Source: Limnohabitans sp. (lineage in GTDB: Bacteria > Pseudomonadota > Gammaproteobacteria > Burkholderiales > Burkholderiaceae_C). From it: 64,000 nt of DNA. Where the stretch lies: the NCBI RefSeq assembly GCF_044373035.1, contig NZ_JBILQU010000004.1, positions 2,826 through 66,825 on the forward strand, read 5' to 3'. The notes under the pieces were generated by a model. That model was not told the origin of the DNA, did not search any database, and worked only from the letters and a program-made list of their open reading frames with translations. The first letter of the stretch is position 1; every line of letters begins with the position of its first letter. Positions 23,511 through 32,617 of the stretch are shown one piece after another. A program made the position numbers and the translations under genes.

Positions 23511-24488
23511 ATGCATACTCGTTTCATTCGCACAAGCTTGGCCCTGCTGCTGGCCGCGACCGCCTTTCAGGCTTTGGCGCAAGACTTTCCCAACCGCGCC
23601 ATCACCATGGTCATGCCCTATGCCGCAGGTGGCCCGGGTGACACCATCACGCGCTTGTTTGCCGGGGCCATGCAAAAGCACCTGGGTCAGCAGATCGTGG
23701 TGGACAACACCGCAGGCGCCTCGGGCTCGATCGGCACGGCCAAAGTGGCCCGCGCCAAAGCCGATGGCTACACCTTGCTGATGATCCACGTCAGCCACGC
23801 CACCAACGTGGCGATGTACAAAAGCCTGCCCTACCACCCGGTGGATGATTTTGAACCGATTGGCCGTGCCACCAGCGGCCCCATGGTGATCGTGGCGCGC
23901 AACGAATTCCCTGCCAAAAACCTCAACGAGTTTGTGGCCTACTTGAAAGCCAATGGTCCCAAAGTCAGCCTCGCGCATGCGGGCGTGGGCTCGGCCTCGC
24001 ACCTGTGCGGCCTGATGATGATGAACGCCTTGAACGTCAAGCTCAATGAAATTCCCTACAAGGGCACGGGTCCGGCCTTGACCGACCTGATGGGCGGTCA
24101 GGTGGACATTTTGTGTGACCAAACCTCGGGCACGGTGCCCTCGGTCAAGGGTGGCAAGATCAAGGCTTATGCCTCTGCGGGCAAAGCCCGTTTGCCCCAA
24201 CTGCCTGAAGTGCCCGCCATCTCCGATGCCGGTGTGGAAGGCTTTGACATCAATATCTCCTTTGGCCTGTATGCGCCCAAGGGCACGCCCAAGCCGGTGC
24301 TCGATCAGTTGACCGCTGCCTTGCAAAAGTCGGTGGCAGACCCGGAGGTGCGTCAGCGCCTGGAGGCCATGGGCATTTCGGCCGTGGGCGTGGAGCTCGC
24401 GCGGCCAGAGGCTTTGCGGGGCCACCTGAAAAACGAGATCGACACCTTGGGCAGTTTGTTGGTCAAGGCGGGCGTCAAAGCCAACTGA
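23511..24488 (+). CDS. Bug-family (TctC-like) tripartite tricarboxylate transporter substrate-binding protein
   Basis: Signal peptide MHTRFIRTSLALLLAATAFQALAQ, then DFPNRAITMVMPYAAGGPGDTITR... and ...IPYKGTGPALTDLMGGQVD. Confidence 0.9.
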   Translation: MHTRFIRTSLALLLAATAFQALAQDFPNRAITMVMPYAAGGPGDTITRLFAGAMQKHLGQQIVVDNTAGASGSIGTAKVARAKADGYTLLMIHVSHATNVAMYKSLPYHPVDDFEPIGRATSGPMVIVARNEFPAKNLNEFVAYLKANGPKVSLAHAGVGSASHLCGLMMMNALNVKLNEIPYKGTGPALTDLMGGQVDILCDQTSGTVPSVKGGKIKAYASAGKARLPQLPEVPAISDAGVEGFDINISFGLYAPKGTPKPVLDQLTAALQKSVADPEVRQRLEAMGISAVGVELARPEALRGHLKNEIDTLGSLLVKAGVKAN

Positions 24489-24547
24489 GCTGGGTGTGAT
24501 CGCTGCGGCCCCCTGGGGGCCTTCTCGCCTGTACGGGAGATGAAACG

Positions 24548-25726
24548 ATGAGCAACTGGTGGCCCTTGCTGCTGACGCTGGTGATTCAGGCCATGGTCGC
24601 CATGGCCTTGCTGAGCTTGCCCGTGGTCGCTCCTGTGGTGGCGCAGACTTTGCAGGTCTCGCCCGCCTTGGTGGGCTTGTACGTGTCGGTGACTTATGCC
24701 GGCGCCATGGTGGCCACCTTGATGGGCGGCGCCACGGTGGCTCGCATGGGGGCGATCCGCGTGAGCCAGTGGGGCCTGGTTTTGTGTGCATTGGGTTTGC
24801 TTTTGTGCGCTGTGCCCTGGCTGCCTTCCATGGTGTTGGGCGCGGTATTGATTGGGCTGGGTTATGGCCCGATCACACCGGCCAGCTCGCACCTGCTGGC
24901 CCGCACCACACCCAAGCACCAGATGTCGCTGGTGTTTTCCATCAAGCAAACCGGTGTGCCCTTGGGCAGCATGTTGGCGGGCGCGGTGGTGCCGCCTTTG
25001 GCGCTGCTGGGCAATTGGCAACTCAGTTTGGTGGCGGTGGCTGTGGTGTGCTTGCTGTGCGCCTGGGTGTCGCAAAGCCTGCGGGCCGAACTCGACAGCG
25101 ACCGCCAGCCGGACACCCGCATCCGCTGGGGCAGTTTGATCGAGCCCATTCGTCTGGTGCTGGCGCATCGGTCACTGCTCACCATGGCGTCTTGCTCATT
25201 CATGTTTTCCATGGTGCAGTTGTCGCTCACCACGTATTTGGTGACCTTTTTGCACGACGATTTGTCTTACGGTCTGGTGGCAGCAGGTCTGGCTTTGTCG
25301 GTCACGCAGCTGGGCGGCATTGGCGGGCGTGTGGTCTGGGGCTATGTGGCCGACCGTTGGTTGGGCGCGCGGCGCATGTTGCTGCTTTTGGCCAGCATGA
25401 TGGCCTTGGGCGCTTTGGCCTCGGCCTTTTTGACCACCGACACGCCGCAGGCTGTGGTGATCGCCATTTTGGTGGCTTTTGGGGCCTCGGCCATCGGCTG
25501 GAACGGCGTGTACCTGGCCGAAGTGGCCCGCCGCGCCCCCCCCGGCATGGCCAGCATGGCCACAGGCGGCACGTTGGCTTTCACGTTTTTGGGCGTGGTT
25601 GTGGGGCCGCCCATGTTCGGCGCTTTGTCGGGCCTGTTTGGCACCTACCGCGCCGGTTTTCTGGGCCTCATGGTCATGGCCAGCATCAGCGGCACGGTGC
25701 TTTATTGGACACAGCGATCGCGCTGA
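24548..25726 (+). CDS. MFS transporter
   Basis: 392-aa ORF with about 12 hydrophobic segments. The co-extensive ORF 24559..25773 in another frame is Arg/Gly/His-rich and taken as spurious. Confidence 0.8.
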   Translation: MSNWWPLLLTLVIQAMVAMALLSLPVVAPVVAQTLQVSPALVGLYVSVTYAGAMVATLMGGATVARMGAIRVSQWGLVLCALGLLLCAVPWLPSMVLGAVLIGLGYGPITPASSHLLARTTPKHQMSLVFSIKQTGVPLGSMLAGAVVPPLALLGNWQLSLVAVAVVCLLCAWVSQSLRAELDSDRQPDTRIRWGSLIEPIRLVLAHRSLLTMASCSFMFSMVQLSLTTYLVTFLHDDLSYGLVAAGLALSVTQLGGIGGRVVWGYVADRWLGARRMLLLLASMMALGALASAFLTTDTPQAVVIAILVAFGASAIGWNGVYLAEVARRAPPGMASMATGGTLAFTFLGVVVGPPMFGALSGLFGTYRAGFLGLMVMASISGTVLYWTQRSR

Positions 25727-25736
25727 GCACCGGGGT

Positions 25737-26732
25737 TCAGCCCGCCAGCAAAATCCGATCGATCCAGGCCTGAATCGCGGGGCCATCCATGCCGTGCGCC
25801 AGGCCCAGCAGCATGACGATGCGCACCTTGTGGGGCGGCAGCGGGCCTGCTGTCAAGATCCCGTGCTGGGCATCGGCGTACACGCTGGCCCGTGTCACGC
25901 TGCCGGTGATGAAGCGGGCGCAACGCGCCAACAGCACGCCTTGCGCGGGCAAAGACTGGATGAAAGCGCGGTAGGCCGTCGGCGTGTTGGCGTTGCCCAA
26001 ACCGGCGTGCACAATGCCCCGCGCTCCTGCGGCCACAAAGGCGCGCATCGCGGTCTCGTCCACCCCGGCATAAGCCACGGCAATGTCCACCCGAGGCCAA
26101 GCGGTTGGCGTTTGCCAAGCCACAGTGGGGGCTCGTGCGGCGGCGCGGAACCACTGCACCGCTTGATCGGCCACTTCGCCCACGGCGCCAGCCAGTGGGC
26201 TGTCAAAGGCCTCCACGCTGCTCACATGGCGTTTGCCCACCCACAGGCCCGAATGGATGCGGCCGTTCATCACCACCAAGGTGCCGCGCCCCCTTGCACC
26301 GGGGCAGGCAGCCACACTGCAGGCATCCAGCAAATTGGCCGGGCCATCGGCCGAATAGGCCGTGGCGGGGCGCATGGCCCCCACCACCACGATGGGTTTG
26401 TCGCTGTCCACGCTCAGGTGCAAAAAGGTCGCTGTTTCTTCCAGCGTGTCGGTACCGTGTGTGACCACGATGCCCACCACGTTGGGGTTGTTCACGGCTT
26501 GCATCACGGCAGCATGCAGATCGAGCCAGTTCTCAGGCCGCACGTCGTAGCTGGCCAACTGCATGGGTTGGGTGACTTCGATGGCGTAGCGCTGGCGCAG
26601 TTCCGGCACGGTGTTGACCACGGCGGCCAGGCTCAGGCTGGCGGGTTGGTAATCGGTGCTGACGGAGGCAGCGCTGGCCGCGCCCGCGATGGTGCCGCCG
26701 GTGCCGATCAGGGCCAAAAGAGGTTTCGTCAT
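25737..26732 (-). CDS. L-asparaginase
   Basis: MTKPLLALIGTGGTIAG ... VVTHGTDTLEETA ... VVVGAMRPA... are the two asparaginase signature motifs. No signal peptide. Confidence 0.9.
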   Translation of the reverse strand: MTKPLLALIGTGGTIAGAASAASVSTDYQPASLSLAAVVNTVPELRQRYAIEVTQPMQLASYDVRPENWLDLHAAVMQAVNNPNVVGIVVTHGTDTLEETATFLHLSVDSDKPIVVVGAMRPATAYSADGPANLLDACSVAACPGARGRGTLVVMNGRIHSGLWVGKRHVSSVEAFDSPLAGAVGEVADQAVQWFRAAARAPTVAWQTPTAWPRVDIAVAYAGVDETAMRAFVAAGARGIVHAGLGNANTPTAYRAFIQSLPAQGVLLARCARFITGSVTRASVYADAQHGILTAGPLPPHKVRIVMLLGLAHGMDGPAIQAWIDRILLAG

Positions 26733-26735
26733 GTT

Positions 26736-27563
26736 TCAAGTCTCCGAAAAAATCAGGGTCACACGGCCCAGCGGACCGTAATCGGCGCTGGTGCTGTCGC
26801 CGGGCTGCAGTTCGAGTGGCACCATGCAGGTGCCGGTGGTCACCACATGGCCCTTTTCCAAAGTGATACCCAAGCTCGACAACTGGTTGGCCAGCCAGGT
26901 CAGGGCGATGCGCGGGTCGCCCAGCACATTGCCGCCTGTGCCGTCCCGGGTGTACTTCAGTTGGTTTCCATGCGCCACCCTGGCATGCACTGGGTAGCTG
27001 CTCAAGTCCAGGTCGCGCCAGACATCGGGCGCGGCCGGGCCCAGAACAAAGTGGCGGGCGCAGGCGTTGTCGGCCAGCAGTTGTGCTTCTCCTGCTGCGG
27101 TAAAGGGCTCGAGCCGCGAGTCGGGCACCTCCAGGGCCGGATGCAAGCTGGCCACGGCGGCCATGACTTGTTGCTGGGTGTAGGGCGCGGATTGTGGTGT
27201 CAGGTCTTGCGCCATGGCAAAGGCAAATTCCGGCTCGGCCACACGCATGCGGTTGCCGGCAGACGGCACGGTAGCGCCGCTTTCAAATACCTGACCCGAC
27301 AACAGCCGCCCGGCCAGCGGCCCCCCCACGTTGATGTGCAATTGTCCGTTGGCGCTGGTGGCAGCGATCTTCCAGCCGACCACCTGACGGCCGGACACGG
27401 CGGGCAATTGCGCTTGTGTGGCGTAGCCTTGCGCTGCCGTCAAGGGTCGGCATGCCTCTGGCAGCTTGCTCAGCACTTGGCCTGATTGCCAATGCTCCCA
27501 AATCACTTGGGCTGCTTGGTGACAGGTTTCATGGTCGGTTGGTTCTGGTCTTGGCTGTTTCAT
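26736..27563 (-). CDS. Fumarylacetoacetate-hydrolase-fold hydratase (2-keto-4-pentenoate hydratase MhpD-like)
   Basis: 275 aa. ...GWKIAATS...EPEFAFAM...VTTGTC... follows the pattern of MhpD/HpcG-type hydratases. It ends 3 nt before the asparaginase start. Confidence 0.75.
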   Translation of the reverse strand: MKQPRPEPTDHETCHQAAQVIWEHWQSGQVLSKLPEACRPLTAAQGYATQAQLPAVSGRQVVGWKIAATSANGQLHINVGGPLAGRLLSGQVFESGATVPSAGNRMRVAEPEFAFAMAQDLTPQSAPYTQQQVMAAVASLHPALEVPDSRLEPFTAAGEAQLLADNACARHFVLGPAAPDVWRDLDLSSYPVHARVAHGNQLKYTRDGTGGNVLGDPRIALTWLANQLSSLGITLEKGHVVTTGTCMVPLELQPGDSTSADYGPLGRVTLIFSET

Positions 27564-27583
27564 GCGCCAATTGTTACGCCAAC

Positions 27584-27615
27584 TTGCCCGTGTACCCCGA
27601 AATCTTGTGTATAAT
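27584..27615 (+). promoter_or_regulatory. Candidate promoter for the tRNA gene (perfect TATAAT -10 at 27610-27615)
   Basis: TATAAT lies 33 nt upstream of the tRNA 5' end. The only -35-like hexamer (TTGCCC, 27584-27589) is 20 nt away, which is poor spacing. Confidence 0.3.
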
Positions 27616-27647
27616 TTTCGGCTTGGTGGCTTGTGCCAACAAACTCA

Positions 27648-27724
27648 GGTGATATAGCTCAGTTGGTTAGAGCGCAGCATTCATAATGCTGATGTCGGTG
27701 GTTCAAATCCACCTATCACCACCA
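27648..27724 (+). tRNA. tRNA-Met (anticodon CAT), elongator type, CCA encoded
   Basis: GGTGATA/TATCACC acceptor stem; D-arm TAGCTCAGTTGGTTAGAGC identical to E. coli elongator tRNA-Met; anticodon stem CAGCA/TGCTG with loop TTCATAA; T-arm GGTGGTTCAAATCCACC; 3' ACCA. Confidence 0.95.
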
Positions 27725-27730
27725 GAACGC

Positions 27731-27770
27731 AAAAAAACCGCCCACTGACATTCAGTGAGCGGTTTTTTTT
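27731..27770. terminator. Bidirectional rho-independent terminator (A7 - imperfect hairpin - T8)
   Basis: AAAAAAACCGCCCACTGACATTCAGTGAGCGGTTTTTTTT. It lies between the tRNA (+) and the end of the convergent minus-strand operon. Confidence 0.8.
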
Positions 27771-27812
27771 ATGGGGCCTGCTCAGGCCCGTGTGACTTTT
27801 TCAGTCACGTTT

Positions 27813-28784
27813 TCACTGCAATTCGAACCCTGATTCCTTGATGACTGGACCCCAATGCAACGTGGCAGAGGACACCCATTCCTGCAATTGAGCTGGGTTG
27901 GCGTAGGTGGCCACATTGCCCAATTTGGAGAGCTTTTCAACGACTTCTGGGTCCGTCAGGGCCGTCGCTACTGAGCGGCTAAAACGGTCGACAAATTCGG
28001 AGGGCAAACCTTTGGGTCCAAAAAATGCCAGCCAGGGGTTCTTGTCGACCCCTTTGATGCCCAACTCCTGGAAGGTGGGAATGTCGGGTGCTGATTTGGC
28101 ACGGCTGGTGCCCGAGACGGCCATGACGTGCATTTTTCCATTGCGGTGGTGCTCGATGGACTCGGTCAGCGACAAAAACCCTGCGGGCACTTGCCCACCC
28201 AGCAGATCTTGGACCAGGGGGGCGCCACCTCTGTAAGGGATGGCCACCATGGGTGTGCCCAGTGACTTGCCTACCAGCAGACCCGCAAATTGGGGCACGC
28301 TGCCCACGGCAGGGATGCCGTAATTGGCCTTGCCCGGATTGGCTTTGAGCCAGGTGCCAAACTCCGAGGGAGTTTTGGCGGCAATCGTGCTGGACAGGGC
28401 CATGACGTTGTAATAACTGGCGACACCTGCCAAGGCTGTGAAGTCCTTGATGGGGTCGTATCCTGGTGCTTTGAAGGTCAGGGGAATGATCACATGGGAA
28501 TGGTCGATGGTCAGCATCACCATGGCACCGTCGGGCGTTGCAGCCTTGAGTTGTTGCGTGGCAATCATGCCGCCGGCACCGGGTTTGTTTTCCACAATGA
28601 CCGGCTGATTCATGATCACGCGCAATTTTTCACCCATGATGCGCGCGACAACATCGGTCGCTCCCCCGGGCGGGAATCCCACCACAATGCGGACCGTGCC
28701 GTTGTAATCGGCTGAGTGTGCTGACCATGGCAGCGCCATGAGCAGCAGAAAAAATGAATACGTCAGACGTTGGATCAGTTTCAT
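27813..28784 (-). CDS. Bug-family (TctC-like) substrate-binding protein
   Basis: Signal peptide MKLIQRLTYSFFLLLMALPWSAHSA, then ...VRIVVGFPPGGATDVVAR... and IPYRGGAPLVQDLLGGQV. Confidence 0.9.
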   Translation of the reverse strand: MKLIQRLTYSFFLLLMALPWSAHSADYNGTVRIVVGFPPGGATDVVARIMGEKLRVIMNQPVIVENKPGAGGMIATQQLKAATPDGAMVMLTIDHSHVIIPLTFKAPGYDPIKDFTALAGVASYYNVMALSSTIAAKTPSEFGTWLKANPGKANYGIPAVGSVPQFAGLLVGKSLGTPMVAIPYRGGAPLVQDLLGGQVPAGFLSLTESIEHHRNGKMHVMAVSGTSRAKSAPDIPTFQELGIKGVDKNPWLAFFGPKGLPSEFVDRFSRSVATALTDPEVVEKLSKLGNVATYANPAQLQEWVSSATLHWGPVIKESGFELQ

Positions 28785-30454
28785 GAAGAACTCCTGGGGA
28801 GTGGGTTGAAGGACAGGGGAGAAAGATCTGGGGGGGCAGTCGAATGGTTGACCGCATCCTGTGCGCAGAGCGCCGGGTCTCGTTTTTCAGGTGGACCAAA
28901 GCCGCCACCGCCGGGCAGTTCAATGCAAAGACGTCCACCGTTCGGGATGTGAATGGTGCTTTTGTCTGCATGTGGGGTTTGCACACCACTGGCCGATTGG
29001 ACGTCGACCCGTCCGGGGGTGCCCGACATGCCGCCATTGCGGCCACGGGCGGGGTAAGCACGGCGGTCAAAGGTGGCGGCCGAGCAGTCAAAACCCACTG
29101 CGTCACGGGTGCCGATCACGATGCGTTGGCTGAGGCCCCCGCGCCACTGACCTTCACCGGCCGAGTGGGGCAAATACACTTTTTCCCAGAACACAAGTGG
29201 TGATTGCGCTTCCGTGATTTCAACCGGGATGCCACCGACGCCACTGGGAAAAGCGGTGGTCGACAAACCATCCTTGGTGGGGCGTGCGCCCGTGCCGCCT
29301 AAACCGACACTCATGACATTGAAGGCCTTGCCTTGCGCGGGGTGTCGGCTCATGGCCAGCACCCAGATGCTGCCAGCCGATTCGGCTGGTACTTGGCCGT
29401 TCAGGGCCTGCTCCAAGCAGCCAAACATCAAGTCGGGGAGCATTTGTCCGATCACATGGCGAGCGGTTACTGGGCTGGGCCGTTGAGGATGAACGATGCT
29501 GCCCTCGGGAGCAATCACTTCGAAAGGTGCGAGGGAGCCGGCGTTGTTCGGGACCTCGGGCGCGATCAGGCATTTGAGGCCGAAGACCGAATAAGCGTCG
29601 CTGTAGCATTTGGGCGAATTGATGCCCATGCGTGATGCGACGCTGGTGCCTGCGTAATCCACTCGGATCTGTTCGCCCTGCTTGTGCAGGGTGGCAACCA
29701 GGCTCACGGGTTGTTCATAGCCGTCGATGGTCATTTCGGCGCGCCATTGTCCATCGGGCAGTCGCGCGATGGCTTCGCGGGTGGCACGACCCGATTGCTC
29801 GAAAATGTGCTCGGCCAAAGTGTCCAGACTCGCCAGTTTGAACTCGGTCATCATCTCGACCAGGCGACGACTGCCCACTTCGTTGCTGCTGACCAAGGAC
29901 AGGATGTCCCCTCTGGCTTCGATGGGGTTGCGAGAGTTGGCCTGGATGACGGCCAGCACATCTTCATTGAGCGCTCCGGCCCGCACCAGTTTGAGGTGGG
30001 GAATGCAGGTGCCCTCTTCAAATACCGAAGCGGCATCGGCTGTGAAGCCGCGTCCACCCACATCGATGGTGTGGCAGGTGGATGCAAACAAGGCCACCGG
30101 TCGTTTCCCGACAAAGACCGGTGTCACGACCACAAAATCAAACAGATGCCCGGTGCCCATCCAGGGGTCGTTGGTCACCAGCACATCCCCCGCGACCAGG
30201 CCCTCCAGTGGGAACCTTTCCAGGAAATGACCCACAGCGACAGCCATCGTGTTGACGTGCCCGGGCGTGCCCGTGACGGCCTGGGCCAGCATGCGTCCAT
30301 TCGTGTCGTAGACACCGGCCGAGAGGTCACCCGCTTCCCGCGCTACCGAACCAAATGCGGTGCGCAGCAAGGCTTGGGCTTGTTCTTCGACCACTGAAAT
30401 CAGCCGGTTCCACATCACCTGTGTGCGAATGGCGTGCAGCATTTGCGTGCTCAT
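28781..30454 (-). CDS. Hydantoinase B / oxoprolinase family protein (HyuB-like)
   Basis: 557 aa. The N-terminus ...VMWNRLISVVEEQAQALLRTAFGSVAREAGDLSAGVYD... is typical of HyuB. ATGA overlaps at both ends (28781-28784 and 30451-30454). Confidence 0.9.
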   Translation of the reverse strand: MSTQMLHAIRTQVMWNRLISVVEEQAQALLRTAFGSVAREAGDLSAGVYDTNGRMLAQAVTGTPGHVNTMAVAVGHFLERFPLEGLVAGDVLVTNDPWMGTGHLFDFVVVTPVFVGKRPVALFASTCHTIDVGGRGFTADAASVFEEGTCIPHLKLVRAGALNEDVLAVIQANSRNPIEARGDILSLVSSNEVGSRRLVEMMTEFKLASLDTLAEHIFEQSGRATREAIARLPDGQWRAEMTIDGYEQPVSLVATLHKQGEQIRVDYAGTSVASRMGINSPKCYSDAYSVFGLKCLIAPEVPNNAGSLAPFEVIAPEGSIVHPQRPSPVTARHVIGQMLPDLMFGCLEQALNGQVPAESAGSIWVLAMSRHPAQGKAFNVMSVGLGGTGARPTKDGLSTTAFPSGVGGIPVEITEAQSPLVFWEKVYLPHSAGEGQWRGGLSQRIVIGTRDAVGFDCSAATFDRRAYPARGRNGGMSGTPGRVDVQSASGVQTPHADKSTIHIPNGGRLCIELPGGGGFGPPEKRDPALCAQDAVNHSTAPPDLSPLSFNPLPRSSS

Positions 30455-32568
30455 GATTGAGCCTCCATCAGCAAATGGCCTCGCTCATCCAGCCGTGCCA
30501 TCCAGCCTGCGGGAACGACGATGGTGGTTTCGTCTTCGGCCACCAAAGCGGGGCCTGCGATGTTCTCGCCCGTGTGAAGGTCAAATCGCCAGTGCAGGCC
30601 GAACTCCCGTTGTTCGCCCAGCGCGGGCTCCCAAACCGGCCGTGTCGACAAGGGTTCTCGTTGGCGAGTGGCTTTCGGCAACGCGATCGGCTGCACGGCT
30701 TGCGGCAGGGTGGAGACGGTGACCGACCAGGTGACCGCCTCGACTTCGCCATCGGGTATGCGCAGCCCGTAAATTTGTTCGTAGGATGTTTCAAAAGCTT
30801 CCACAAGCGCCTGCAGGGCTGACAGATCGATGGGGCCGTTTGATGCGGGAGGCAGGCGCACTCGAAGTTCATGTCCTTGACCGGTATAACGCAATTCGGC
30901 CACTCTCAGCACCTGCAAGGGTGCCCCTGCGCTGGCGGTTGCCACCACAGACAGTGCTTCGGCATGCATGGCCTCTAGCCGGGCCTCTACCGCTTGGGGG
31001 TCCATCGTCATCAAGACGGACAGATCGCTGCGCACCACCTCAAAGGCCACAGGCGCACGTAAAAAGCCGATGGCCGAGCCGACCCCGGCGCCGGCAGGGA
31101 CCATCACTCGGGTGATGCCCAGTTTTTGTGCCAGTCGGCCAGCATGCAAGGGCGCGGCACCGCCGAACGCCACCATGGTGAAGTTTTCCAGGTCTTGGCC
31201 GCGCTCAATGGCGTGCACACGGGCCGCATTGGCCATGTTTTCCTCGACCATTTCGCTGATGCCTGCAGCGGCCCAGAAAGCGTCCATGCCCAAAGCTTTT
31301 CCGACATGGCGCATCAGGGCTTGCTGTGCCAATGTTGCATCCAGTGGCATGCGGCCTGCGGCAAAGCGTTCGGGGTCGATGCGGCCGAGCACCACGTTGG
31401 CGTCTGTGACGGCCGGCAGTTCGCCGCCGCGCCCATAGCAGGCGGGGCCCGGTTCGGAACCACACGAATCCGGTCCGACCGTGATGCGATGCAGGGCATC
31501 GACCCGACCGATCGAGCCGCCGCCAGCGCCAATTTCCACCAGTTCGATCACCGGAATGCGGATGGGCAAGCCGCTGCCTTTGAGGTTTTTCCAGACCCGG
31601 CCAATTTCGAAGCGGCGTGACCTTTCAGGCTGGCCGTTGTTGATCAGGCAAATCTTGGCGGTGGTGCCGCCCATGTCAAAGGCCAGCACCTTGTCCAGGC
31701 CGCATTCCCGTGCCAAGTGGGCCGCCAAAATGGCACCGCCTGCTGGGCCGGATTCGACCAGACGGATCGGAAAACGGGCGGCCAACTCCAGCGTGGTCAG
31801 CCCGCCGCCCGACATCATCAGCAACATGGGGCAGTGCAGACCTTTTTGCCGGATGCTGTCCTGCAGTCGAAAGAGGTAGCTGCCCATCAGGGGGCGCACG
31901 TACGCGTTGGCCACGGTGGTGGAAAAACGCTCGTATTCACGGATCTCAGGGCATACTTCCGAGGACAGGCAAATGCTCACATCCGGCCCGAGGATGGGTG
32001 CAAGGATGTCGCGGGCCCGTTGTTCGTGTGCGGGGTGGCCCCATGCGTGCATGAACCCGATGGCCACGGCTTCGACGTGCGCATCTCGCATCTGGGCACC
32101 GACCGTTCTGACGTCGTCTTCATTCAGGTCGAGCAGCACCGTGCCATCGGCCGCGATGCGTTCGCGAACCGTCAGACGCCAAGGCCTGGGCACCAACTCG
32201 GTTGGTCCCTCTAGGTTCGTGTCGTAGGCATCAAAGCGTTTTTCAAAGCCCATGGCCAAAACATCTCGAAAGCCCTCGGTGGTGACAAAGGCTGTGCGCG
32301 CCCCCTTGCGCTCGATCAGGGCGTTGGTGGCCAATGTGGTTCCGTGGACAAACAGCTCAATGCATGAACCGTCGAGACCCGAGGTTTTGAGCAGACGATC
32401 GAGTCCCTCCATCACGGCCAGTTCGGGTTGGCGTGGTGTGGTCAAGACTTTGCAGCTGTGTCGGCGCGAGGGTGTTTCAAGAACCACATCGGTGAACGTG
32501 CCGCCAATGTCAGCGGCCAGGCGTATCGGGGCGTTCGTTTGTGCAGTGGGTCTGTCGGTGGCGGTCAT
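30451..32568 (-). CDS. Hydantoinase A / oxoprolinase family protein (HyuA-like)
   Basis: ORF 30451..32637 (TTG) trimmed to ATG 32568. IRLAADIGGTFTDVVL is the HyuA N-terminal ATPase motif. The start is uncertain. Confidence 0.85.
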   Translation of the reverse strand: MTATDRPTAQTNAPIRLAADIGGTFTDVVLETPSRRHSCKVLTTPRQPELAVMEGLDRLLKTSGLDGSCIELFVHGTTLATNALIERKGARTAFVTTEGFRDVLAMGFEKRFDAYDTNLEGPTELVPRPWRLTVRERIAADGTVLLDLNEDDVRTVGAQMRDAHVEAVAIGFMHAWGHPAHEQRARDILAPILGPDVSICLSSEVCPEIREYERFSTTVANAYVRPLMGSYLFRLQDSIRQKGLHCPMLLMMSGGGLTTLELAARFPIRLVESGPAGGAILAAHLARECGLDKVLAFDMGGTTAKICLINNGQPERSRRFEIGRVWKNLKGSGLPIRIPVIELVEIGAGGGSIGRVDALHRITVGPDSCGSEPGPACYGRGGELPAVTDANVVLGRIDPERFAAGRMPLDATLAQQALMRHVGKALGMDAFWAAAGISEMVEENMANAARVHAIERGQDLENFTMVAFGGAAPLHAGRLAQKLGITRVMVPAGAGVGSAIGFLRAPVAFEVVRSDLSVLMTMDPQAVEARLEAMHAEALSVVATASAGAPLQVLRVAELRYTGQGHELRVRLPPASNGPIDLSALQALVEAFETSYEQIYGLRIPDGEVEAVTWSVTVSTLPQAVQPIALPKATRQREPLSTRPVWEPALGEQREFGLHWRFDLHTGENIAGPALVAEDETTIVVPAGWMARLDERGHLLMEAQS

Positions 32569-32617
32569 GAGGGTATCGGTTGGAAAAGCGAAGGGGGTAA
32601 ACAGCGGTATGCGGGGC

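Noticed and set aside
25479-27485. 668-aa plus-strand ORF, the longest in this region
   Set aside because: It runs antisense to the well-supported asparaginase and hydratase genes. Its translation is Arg/Gly/His/Ala-rich low-complexity sequence, typical of stop-free antisense frames in GC-rich DNA.
27648-27724. Alternative identities for the CAT-anticodon tRNA (initiator tRNA-fMet or lysidine-modified tRNA-Ile2)
   Set aside because: There is no C1:A72 mismatch and no three consecutive G:C pairs in the anticodon stem, so it is not an initiator. The D-arm is identical to E. coli elongator tRNA-Met, and the acceptor stem lacks the C4:G69/C5:G68 pairs I associate with TilS substrates. tRNA-Ile2 cannot be fully excluded without a classifier.
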